Shown here piece by piece: positions 46,901-52,754 of a stretch of 64,000 bases of DNA. How positions within the stretch are numbered: the first letter of the stretch is position 1; the number at the start of each line of letters is the position of its first letter. This DNA is from an uncultured Candidatus Saccharibacteria bacterium. GTDB taxonomy: Bacteria > Patescibacteriota > Saccharimonadia > Saccharimonadales > AWTP1-31. The position numbers and the translations under genes are program-made. The notes under the pieces were generated by a model. The model did not search any database, had not been told where the DNA came from, and saw only the letters and a list, made by a program, of their open reading frames with translations. The DNA lies in NCBI GenBank assembly GCA_937903325.1, contig CALCZR010000059.1, positions 232,760 through 296,759 on the forward strand. Reading direction: 5' to 3'.

Positions 46901-48572
46901 ACACCCAGAAGGCGTTGCTACCAGTTACACGATTGGCGGCTTGACGTCCGGTGTTCGCTACGACTTCCAGGTTTCGGCCGTAAATGCCGTCGGACAAAGC
47001 ACCTGGGTATTGGGCATCTATGATGTATTGGTCCCAGGTAACCCCACTAATCCCACAGACCCTACCACACCAACAACTCCTACTAATCCAACGTCACCAA
47101 ACGGTCCTACGCGTCCAACTACCCGCCCATCATCTGGTGGTGGCACCGCGACGTCAAACAATGGTGGGTCGCCCAATCAAGAAGAGCCAGAGCTGTTAGA
47201 TATCTCAAAAATTCCAAGTACTGAGCTGCCGCCGAATATTTTTGCAGTCGCTCCACGCCAACAAAAAGTAAGCATAGTGCCATACTTCTTCTTGTCGTGG
47301 TTGCTACTTTTGGCAGCATACTACGGGTATCGTGCAATCAAAGAATATCGCTACCAAAAAGCTGCAGCGGGCTTGGTCGCCCGGACTGCTAAGACCGAAA
47401 AGTCTGTATCTGACTTCTTGGCGATAACAACTCACTACCTGGGGACACCACTGAGTATTCTAAAGGGTGCCATGGAGTTGATCGCTTCTAAGCACGCACT
47501 ACAAGCGGAATTCATGGCCACTTTCAATGCAAAGTTGACCGCACTACAGACAACTGCCGAAACGTTAACCCTACAAAACGAACAAGCACTCAGTGCTAAT
47601 CAAGCGGTGGTTGCTGATGATGTTGAACAAACGACTTCTGCTAAGTGGCTATGGCTGTCAATGGCGGGTATTGCCGTGGCCGTCGTCGTTACCGATATCG
47701 TGTTGATGGTCTCGAAATCATACAGCCAGCCATGGGGTAGAGCCCTCAACCACGCTATTTGGGCAGTGCTTGGTGCGGCTATCGTGGCAGTAAGTTTTGT
47801 TGCCTGGTCCAAACAAAAGAAACTCCGAACACAATATCATCAAACACTAGCTCGTGAGCGGGCATTGCTTGAACAAAAGAATGCCTTCCTTGGTGTGGCC
47901 GCTCAGCAACTTACTACCCATGCAGCTCAACTGCGACAAGGTACGCAGGGTCTTGAGCAGTTCCCTGATACGAAGTTGCTGCTGAATGGTTTGGCCATGC
48001 TCGATAAAGTTGCCTTGGCCCTCGGCAAGGTGCAGCGTTTCAGTACCATTAACGATGCTTCACCGAGCCTGAATGTACAGGAGATCTTTACGCGCGACAT
48101 CGCACCAGCGTTATCACAAGAGGCCCAAACAAAGGGTGTTAAGCTCACAAGCGGACTTTCTGCAGAGGCAAACGTGCAGATGCAACCCGAAGAACTACAG
48201 CAAGTAGTTGGTTCGGTAGTCCAGAATGCTATCCAGTTCAGTAATTCAGGTAGTACGGTAACTATTAACGCTCAAGCGGGGCATAGCAAATCGACTATAG
48301 CTGTGCAGGACAGTGGTCAAGGCTTCACCGCCGAAGCTCAGCAGCACCTTTTTGAGCCACTCACTCGCGGTGTAGATACTGCAACTTTCGATCACGAGGG
48401 ACTGGGGCTCAACCTATTTATTACCCAAATGATTCTGCACAAACATGGTGGTGACATTAGTGTTGCTAGTAAACCACAACAGGGAACGACCGTAACCATG
48501 CACCTACCAAACAGTGGAGCAGTTGCAACCGGAGTAGCAACACAAGTGATTAGCCCTTCATCTAGTTCCTAA
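40962..48572 (+). CDS. Giant (2536 aa) membrane protein: adhesin-like ectodomain (GLUG-like repeats, FN3, NHL-like) fused to a C-terminal histidine-kinase core
   Basis: Single uninterrupted ORF. About 20 GG[LF][VILA]G...N[ST]YA[ST]G[SDN]V repeats. Three FN3-like modules. Six or more V-D-x-x-x-x-[VI]-Y-V propeller-like repeats. P/T linker. TM helices. H-box FLAITTHYLGTPLSIL. N box VVQNAIQFS, G1 VQDSGQGF, G2 GLGLNL. Confidence 0.85.
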   Translation: MKKATVRIVQRKRLADKANGLGDKIYQQRIKLLPVFVMLASVTALIYLRVQPESAKVVSRVIESSLSQITRMSFLWSPLAGLIALSAAALLYMWMDYQHHKKPLIRVSPKTKYGMLHHLRVVVLPRFKYRWRPALYWLAVAEVCAAVFIAVVAIVGVPSASAFSGDGLGTEQSPYQIQTCIQLQEMHDDLDGHYELAGPIDCTGTSSWNGGNGFLAIGTSSGNEFTGTLDGKDFAVDGLYQRVVDNDAPSGLLGSVVGGTVHNLKLTNVDIASSTGGSTVAPFSSEILNGQLSDISVTGTIQATGNDGAIYTSGFAGLVAVSTVSRVSVNVAIVNNSVDDDDEIGKGAWSAGLAFVLQMSTVTDSYTTGTIAGNFPAGGTAMYAGGFAGQIMMGSVSNSYSSMSISITRNPSLAPAIMVVGGFTAFVAAADMSNNFATGQQSISVGSMVADYRGGLVGGVMFVEDADPPFNENITGSNNFYDITRANQAGCVGAYAGEELEVPVPDQTPGGFCTAVNTGSSQPNYFFNNSTNPPFKVGSTQVWDFTNVWRTVSGGAPIFGTQVPGVPALPGKVRSLTTSSTDATSLTAQWLAPSSNGNSAITNYAVAYKLHSVSTWTPVARTPSTTTSQLITGLTGGQLYDIRVAAINTVGQGDWETTQNVGTSQVPSAARNLVVSGVAQTGQLEPYYFPKLDWQAPEVGAPITDYVIQYKPNAGEDWDLIADDMQGEFDWAENIGSWTTLNDGVGTALSFNASTSSDADFIGLLVASLPGEVRAIGDIEFRVAAVNSYGQGPWSNLDSFQVFIGLTACQQMHDVLDEYPGGVFQLLNNIDCSDTVNWNGGQGWEPIQDEFTPFQGDLDGNGFTISNLHMENQDDYVVGLFAYVENSIIKDLTLSNVAIRSLRQATVSSMVGPLVGVAQGDTILSNVHVTGSVVGPRGAGGIVGIMGNLTGSVTWSNLTFTGVVKGQEMAGGLLAGFGTPGQLTIENSQSHGSLEGIQGAGGAVAFGQGLSLSHVTSDMSILSGCKSAGGLIGTLQVGSLADSEYTGSIQCTAENAGYFSQPTSVAVDAQNQVYVLGHTISSTIYKFSSNGDLLAQWNFAEGNSTNGNPKGIAVDAQSRVYVTDDAYDEVRIFSSSGVLLDTWPTPDPGKLTVDANNNVYIVSGDSVRKYTQDGNLQHTWDGEGAFEQLYDVAVASDGRIYAADIGQDRIHVMDSDGEVITSFDSEGAPSVEFQSPAAIVLDSANNLYVLNGSAHHVVVFDSSYQPIGDWQTPNSEVYSGSDMAMRADGKLTLLGTKVYQLSSNGTVDSHWGGISNWFGSDPGGIAGGLVGVYGGTTEPLTILRSASTGTITSLDGTGKGITVGGLLGATGQISGVTIDASHPEQSLTHGVIINDSNSSMDITAAGQVIVAGGLVGYSDISDINNSSASGDIAVSHDANFAVIQSGMAGGFIGTGQRLTRIRNSHATGQVAMEGFIPTNGQGPIVGGLSGSLAGWTHLDNVYATGSVTVSANQDCNPGQCAEQVSSYAAGLVGLMSSKPSIPALSVVNNVYATGSVNYSAQRSGVFAGGLIGQAQMQYLQLGSVHASGSVSITGADVVAFAGGLFGTLMTDRDTTVQRLYATGSVTNGGRLYSLGGSPSSSAGLIGLMSGPITLQTSYATGDVEGPGVVAGLVGNAIPFAYAQGGGPADERTIENSYATGNVAGKNSEMYFSENSEIGEGYVEFGAVAGGLAGSIIETNVTATYASGTVSNETPEFADTVPLVFQSLYGTATGGLVGSVMVWPLESAPNDLTKVTNSFSATTIQNGASDPKGLIAGRIFRWVEEPYDQSQPSLNPANLLDNNYYDVQGGATVPCATNQLLVVAENTADSDLQSTEFNGQEACHPVNANNQTPNYFKNSNTNPPLDTWDFSTPIWYKHLATHPTFVVGEAVPGPPRNLAGVPTTSSVALSWQAPSSDGGSAITNYRIQYRVHDTNTWSEYEHPEGVATSYTIGGLTSGVRYDFQVSAVNAVGQSTWVLGIYDVLVPGNPTNPTDPTTPTTPTNPTSPNGPTRPTTRPSSGGGTATSNNGGSPNQEEPELLDISKIPSTELPPNIFAVAPRQQKVSIVPYFFLSWLLLLAAYYGYRAIKEYRYQKAAAGLVARTAKTEKSVSDFLAITTHYLGTPLSILKGAMELIASKHALQAEFMATFNAKLTALQTTAETLTLQNEQALSANQAVVADDVEQTTSAKWLWLSMAGIAVAVVVTDIVLMVSKSYSQPWGRALNHAIWAVLGAAIVAVSFVAWSKQKKLRTQYHQTLARERALLEQKNAFLGVAAQQLTTHAAQLRQGTQGLEQFPDTKLLLNGLAMLDKVALALGKVQRFSTINDASPSLNVQEIFTRDIAPALSQEAQTKGVKLTSGLSAEANVQMQPEELQQVVGSVVQNAIQFSNSGSTVTINAQAGHSKSTIAVQDSGQGFTAEAQQHLFEPLTRGVDTATFDHEGLGLNLFITQMILHKHGGDISVASKPQQGTTVTMHLPNSGAVATGVATQVISPSSSS
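41235..41351 (+). other. Conserved TM-proximal tail module, copy 3 (internal, between TM helices of the giant protein)
   Basis: YMWMDYQHHKKPLIRVSPKTKYGMLHHLRVVVLPRFKYR. Preceded by helix FLWSPLAGLIALSAAALL and followed by helix ALYWLAVAEVCAAVFIAVVAIVGV and the signal-peptidase-like site VPSASA-F. Confidence 0.65.
42669..43346 (+). other. Two tandem FN3-like modules within the giant protein
   Basis: PGKVRSL...LTAQWLAPSSNGNSAITNYAVAY...YDIRVAAINTVGQGDWE, and PSAARNL...LDWQAPEVGAPITDYVIQYK...FRVAAVNSYGQGPWS. Confidence 0.7.
44136..44898 (+). other. NHL/beta-propeller-like repeat region within the giant protein
   Basis: Repeats of P-x-[GS]-[VI]-A-V-D-x-x-x-x-[VI]-Y-V: PTSVAVDAQNQVYVL, PKGIAVDAQSRVYVT, LTVDANNNVYIV, LYDVAVASDGRIYAA, PAAIVLDSANNLYVL. 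Confidence 0.6.
46752..47006 (+). other. Third FN3-like module within the giant protein
   Basis: PGPPRNLAGVPTTSSVALSWQAPSSDGGSAITNYRIQYR...YDFQVSAVNAVGQSTW. Followed by the Pro/Thr linker NPTNPTDPTTPTTPTNPTSPNGPTRPTTRP. Confidence 0.7.
47397..48572 (+). other. Histidine-kinase core of the giant protein (H-box, two TM helices, second DHp-like helix, HATPase_c)
   Basis: EKSVSDFLAITTHYLGTPLSILKG (His codon at 47432-47434). TM helices WLWLSMAGIAVAVVVTDIVLMV and AIWAVLGAAIVAVSFVAW. KNAFLGVAAQQLTTHAAQL. N/G1/G2 boxes. Confidence 0.7.
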
Positions 48573-48580
48573 AACTGTTA

Positions 48581-48586
48581 TATACT
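48581..48586 (+). promoter_or_regulatory. -10-like hexamer TATACT, 7 nt upstream of the ATG at 48594
   Basis: TATACT followed by AATGCTT and then ATG. This suggests the real start is ATG 48594 (or 48603) rather than 48588. Confidence 0.3.
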
Positions 48587-48587
48587 A

Positions 48588-50233
48588 ATGCTTATGCCGA
48601 CGATGACACGACTCCTAAAACACAAATACTTCCTTGGCTTACTAACTTTTTTTGCCGGGCTGGCAACCTTGCTCACGCTGGGCGGTGGTCAGGCTCAGGC
48701 AGCCACGCTCAATGTTTCGGGCGGTTGCACCATTACCATTGCTATTAACTCAGTCAATGCCGGCTCGACTCAAACAGGCTGTACTTCAACTGGTACCTAT
48801 GGGACAAACGACACTATTACCATTGCGGCAGGTACCCAGACGTTGACCACCGATCTACCATCACTGACCGAACCAGTTGTCATAAAAGGTGCAGGCATGG
48901 ACCAGACTACTATTAACGGTGACGGTGGTCAGTATGCGACATTCAAAGCGAATAGCGTAGCGGGGCCTATTACTATTACTGACATGAAAATAACCGCCTT
49001 TCGGAGTGCGGCTATTGATATTGAAATGACTGATACGAGCGTTATACTTAAAAATATTGACGTTGATGGTCATGGTGCAAAAGGTGGAGGGATATATATA
49101 AATGCTTTGGGCACACAGCCTACAACCTTTAATAGCGAGGCTATCTATGTTCATGACATCGATTGGGCCGGTGAGGATATTTACGCATTCGCGATTTCCA
49201 AGCATGATACCACTACGCTGACTGCCACTATTAGTAATACTACAATTGCCAACATAACAACCAGTGGCGATAAGCAACTGTATGGTTTTGGTCTCCTTTC
49301 CGGAGCTGGCGGTGATGGCACTGGCACATTACATGCCAACATTACTAATACCACTATAGATAACCTAACTGCCGATGCGTTCGTAGCTCCCTTCTATGTT
49401 GTTGCCTTTGGCGCCAGTGGGAACACTACCATTACCGCTGACGTGACCTATGTAACGGTTACCGAAACGCATGGGGGCACGGGGTCACTTGCTACTGAGA
49501 CGCTTAATACCGCAGCCTTTTACGCCATCGCCGGTGGTTCTGGCGTGGGCAGTATAGGTACCGCTACCATCAATGTCAATAATAGCCTTTTTGCTAATAA
49601 CTTCTCAGACAATACTTCGAGCAACTGTGGCGTCTTAGATGCGACTGCTGCTGTCGGTGTTCCGGCTCAGGCGTTCCTTCTATAAATTCGCTCGGACACA
49701 ACCTTTCTGATGATAATAGCTGCGCGAGTTTTAGCCAGACTGGCGATCAGCAGAATCTCAACAATATCATCACCACGCTTGGCTCATTGCAGAATAATGA
49801 TGGTCCGGTCCCAACTAGAGCGTTACTCGCTGGCTCGCCAGCTATCGCTGCTGGTGGGTCAGTGCTTGGCATCACAACTGATGCTCGCGGTAAAGCGCGA
49901 CCGGGCAATAGCCCGTCAGTGGGTGCTTACCAGTACGTATTGGCCAGTAGCACCGAGACGCCAACTACTTCTACAGCAGCAGGAGATAAGTTGGCAGAAA
50001 CCGGCAAGATAATTCCGTTGGTCGCCGTTGCAGGCTTGTTGCTCGGCTCGCTCTCCTACATCTACTTCGACTTCTTGCGACACCGTAAACCGCTGAAAGA
50101 GCAGGATCCAGGGGTTCGTTACTCTTTTGCGCATCACCTCAAAGTCGTAACGATTCCACTGCTCAAATACCGCGTATCTATTGGAGTTAGTAAGGTTGGT
50201 AAAAATAACAGCGATAATGTTCGTCGCTTTTAA
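48588..50233 (+). pseudogene. CSLREA-family beta-helix surface protein (paralog B1) split by a 1-nt frameshift near 49656-49661; LAETG signal and extended tail
   Basis: ORF 48588-49685 is collinear with 56349-57854 up to ...SSNCGVLDATAAVG. The homologous continuation GSGSGVPSINSLGHNLSDDNSCASF...LGSLQNNDGPVPTRALLAGSPAI lies in a different reading frame and leads into ORF 49787-50233. Restoring one G in GTCGGTG-TTCC gives VGGSGSGVP, as in the paralog. LAETG at 49991-50005. Confidence 0.7.
50063..50230 (+). other. Conserved post-TM tail module, copy 2 (YFDFLRHRKPL...YSFAHHLKVVTIPLLKYR...RRF)
   Basis: 56 aa after the sorting-signal helix. Collinear with 2533-2706. Confidence 0.7.
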
Positions 50234-50255
50234 GCCCGATTAGCTACAACTTTGC

Positions 50256-50261
50256 TATACT
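50256..50261 (+). promoter_or_regulatory. -10-like hexamer TATACT, 7 nt upstream of the ATG at 50269
   Basis: TATACT followed by TGAAAGC and then ATG. Confidence 0.4.
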
Positions 50262-50268
50262 TGAAAGC

Positions 50269-50736
50269 ATGAAAAAAGTCTTGAGGGGAATCAAAAACGC
50301 GTTGGCGCGCGTGTTCGGATCGCGAGCGTTTCGAAAATTAGCGCCGTTCATTATCGTCTTCATTCTTGGTGGAGTAGCAGGCGGATTCATTACTAATAAG
50401 TATGTCAAAAAAGACAGCACTACTAGCCGAAGTTCGACAGCTGCGGCTCGTACACCAGAAGAGATTGCTAAGCGGCAAGCTGATCAACTCGAAACGAATT
50501 ATAAGCGAGCTAAAGATGACGTAGCCAAAGACCTTAAAGACGGTGATCTTACCAAAGACCAGGCAGATATGTTGCTAAAGAAAATCGACGAAATCTACAA
50601 TTACCGAACTAAAGATCTCAAAGGTCTTTCTACTACCGATGCCCGCAAAAAACTTTCTGAAAAGCGCAGTGAATGGCGCAAGTGGGCAACTGACAACAAG
50701 CTTTCAACTCGGTACATCATCCGTCTAACCATCTAA
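50269..50736 (+). CDS. Membrane-anchored hypothetical protein (charged helical C-terminal domain)
   Basis: 155 aa. TM helix LAPFIIVFILGGVAGGFI followed by a Lys/Asp/Glu-rich helical region. Confidence 0.55.
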   Translation: MKKVLRGIKNALARVFGSRAFRKLAPFIIVFILGGVAGGFITNKYVKKDSTTSRSSTAAARTPEEIAKRQADQLETNYKRAKDDVAKDLKDGDLTKDQADMLLKKIDEIYNYRTKDLKGLSTTDARKKLSEKRSEWRKWATDNKLSTRYIIRLTI

Positions 50737-50752
50737 GCGACAGAAGGCAAGC

Positions 50753-51403
50753 ATGAAGAAGATACTCCGTTTTGCTCGCAAAAACTGGCGCATAATCCTT
50801 GTGGTTGTAGTGTTGCTGGTTGCTGGCTTTGGATTTTGGCTACTCAAACACAGTGACCAAAAGAAAATTCAGCAAAAGAAAAACGAAGTCATCACCTATT
50901 CGCCGGATAAGCCTGACGAAACTAAGCCCGACAAAGATACCTATAAGTGGTTCGGCAATGATGATGACCCGAAGTACATAACTTTGCCGAGCATTAAAGC
51001 AGAAGGATTCCTGCGCAAAGTCGGCGTAGATCAGAACAAGCAAGTAGCGACTCCTGACAATATCAACATGGCCGGATGGTTCGTGGATACCGTACGCCCG
51101 GGCCAAAAGGGAAATAGCATCATCGATGGTCACGTCAGTGGCTGGGTCAATAACGGTATCTTCAAAGATCTCATCAAGATGAAAGCTGGTGACATTTATA
51201 CCGTAGAGTTCGGCAATGGTGACAAAAAAGAATTCAAAGTAAAAGAAGTCAAAGACGTACCGGTGGCGGATGCTGCTAGTGTGCTCTTCTCGCAAGACCC
51301 GGAAATTACCAACCAACTTAGTCTGATTACTTGTGGCGGCAAATTCAACCGCTCCACCAACCAATACGAAAACCGCGTAATAGTTATCTCCCAAGCTATG
51401 TAA
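50753..51403 (+). CDS. Sortase (class E/F-like), paralog 1
   Basis: N-terminal TM anchor. Catalytic His in IIDGHVSG, Cys in LSLITCGG (TLxTC-type), Arg in ENRVIVIS. Confidence 0.85.
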   Translation: MKKILRFARKNWRIILVVVVLLVAGFGFWLLKHSDQKKIQQKKNEVITYSPDKPDETKPDKDTYKWFGNDDDPKYITLPSIKAEGFLRKVGVDQNKQVATPDNINMAGWFVDTVRPGQKGNSIIDGHVSGWVNNGIFKDLIKMKAGDIYTVEFGNGDKKEFKVKEVKDVPVADAASVLFSQDPEITNQLSLITCGGKFNRSTNQYENRVIVISQAM

Positions 51404-51476
51404 TAGACGAGTGTTCGACACTTTTACCTATTAATCTAAGATGATTATGGCTATTGTAAAATCTACGTAGTGGGTT

Positions 51477-51482
51477 TAGTAT
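51477..51482 (+). promoter_or_regulatory. -10-like hexamer TAGTAT, 6 nt upstream of the ATG at 51489
   Basis: TAGTAT followed by GCCAAT and then ATG. Confidence 0.35.
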
Positions 51483-51488
51483 GCCAAT

Positions 51489-52712
51489 ATGTATAAAAAT
51501 AAAAAAAATCTTACAAAATTAAACCAGCAGGGGATAGCTCATGTCTTTCTGGTGTTCCTAGTGCTAGTCGTTGTCGGTTGCATAGGCTTTGCAGGTTGGC
51601 AGGTGTTTCGCACTAATCGTAATAAAGTTCGGGTAGGCGACCCGGTAAATCAGTTAAAAACAGTCCTGAATAACTGTAAAGGTAACGGTCCGGTAACTAT
51701 GACCCATATGCCCATGGACATGAAAGACGTCAACGCTGTCATTCCTATCGGAGCGCTGGCTGGTGCCCATGTTACACCTATTGATCACCTGTATTTCTAC
51801 CCTAAGGACATGCGGAATCGTGATGCTGCGCCAGTGTACGCCATGGCAGATGGCTACATCGTGTCCATGCAAGAGCGCACCCAGAATGTCGATGCAGGCA
51901 CATCCCAGAAAGCCGAATACCGCATCGAAATTCAGCACAACTGCGACGTAGTAAGTTATTTCGACCTGCTAACTAGCCTAGACGGTTCTATAAAGGATAA
52001 GCTAAAGCCAGGTGGCCAGATGCATGTACCGGTAAAGGCTGGGCAGGTAATCGGACGGGTGGGTGCTCAGTCGCTGGATACTGCAATATATAACTACAGC
52101 ATGAAGCTCAAAGGTTTTGTGAATCCCGATTCTTATAACGCTGAACCTTGGAAGATTCATACCGACGACTTCTTTAAGTACTTTGAAGGTAACCTCAAAG
52201 AGCAGATGCTTGCTAAGAACGTTCGTAAGGCCGAGCCACGCGGCGGCAAAATAGACTATGACATTGCTGGCAAGTTGGTCGGTAACTGGTTCGAGATTGG
52301 CACCAATGGCTACGCCGGCGCCAAAGAATTCCAGAATGGCAATAACCCCGGCGGTGGTAAAGGCTACTGGAATGGTCACTTCTCTATTACTCCTGACGTG
52401 GTTGACCCAACTGTCACCGATATATCTTTTGGTTATTATGACGGCAGGGCCCAGCAATTTTCTGCCAAAGATGGCTCTCCTGACCCGGCAACCATTAGCT
52501 CTGCAGACGGTGTGATGAAGTACGAGTTAGTGCAGTTTATTTCGCCATCCCCATCCCCCACAGGGTCTGTGATGCAACGACAACAAACCGTTCGAGGCGT
52601 CGTGCTACTAGAGGTCATGGATGGCAATAAGCTCAAGATGGAAGCCTTTCCAGGTAAGACAGCCCTACAGGTATCAGGCTTTACTACTGCCGCTAAAACA
52701 TATACACGCTAA
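51489..52712 (+). CDS. Membrane-anchored hypothetical protein (possible degenerate M23/LytM-like barrel)
   Basis: N-terminal anchor QQGIAHVFLVFLVLVVVGCIGFAGWQVF. PVYAMADGYIV...IEIQHNCDVVSYFDLL...VKAGQVIGRVG loosely resembles M23 strand order, but no HxH motif is seen. Confidence 0.55.
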   Translation: MYKNKKNLTKLNQQGIAHVFLVFLVLVVVGCIGFAGWQVFRTNRNKVRVGDPVNQLKTVLNNCKGNGPVTMTHMPMDMKDVNAVIPIGALAGAHVTPIDHLYFYPKDMRNRDAAPVYAMADGYIVSMQERTQNVDAGTSQKAEYRIEIQHNCDVVSYFDLLTSLDGSIKDKLKPGGQMHVPVKAGQVIGRVGAQSLDTAIYNYSMKLKGFVNPDSYNAEPWKIHTDDFFKYFEGNLKEQMLAKNVRKAEPRGGKIDYDIAGKLVGNWFEIGTNGYAGAKEFQNGNNPGGGKGYWNGHFSITPDVVDPTVTDISFGYYDGRAQQFSAKDGSPDPATISSADGVMKYELVQFISPSPSPTGSVMQRQQTVRGVVLLEVMDGNKLKMEAFPGKTALQVSGFTTAAKTYTR

Positions 52713-52754
52713 CCGTTTATGGTAATCTAAGAGTAATAATTAAGGATCTCTTGT

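Noticed and set aside
47035-47160. Short repeated CCNAC(N) units (NPTNPTDPTTPTTPTNPTSP) that could look like a tandem repeat or array
   Set aside because: They lie in frame within the giant ORF and encode a Pro/Thr linker. There is no spacer-repeat organisation, so this is not a CRISPR array or an independent repeat element.
50840-51421. 193-aa minus-strand ORF
   Set aside because: It is antisense to the sortase gene (His/Cys/Arg motifs on the plus strand). It has no recognisable features.
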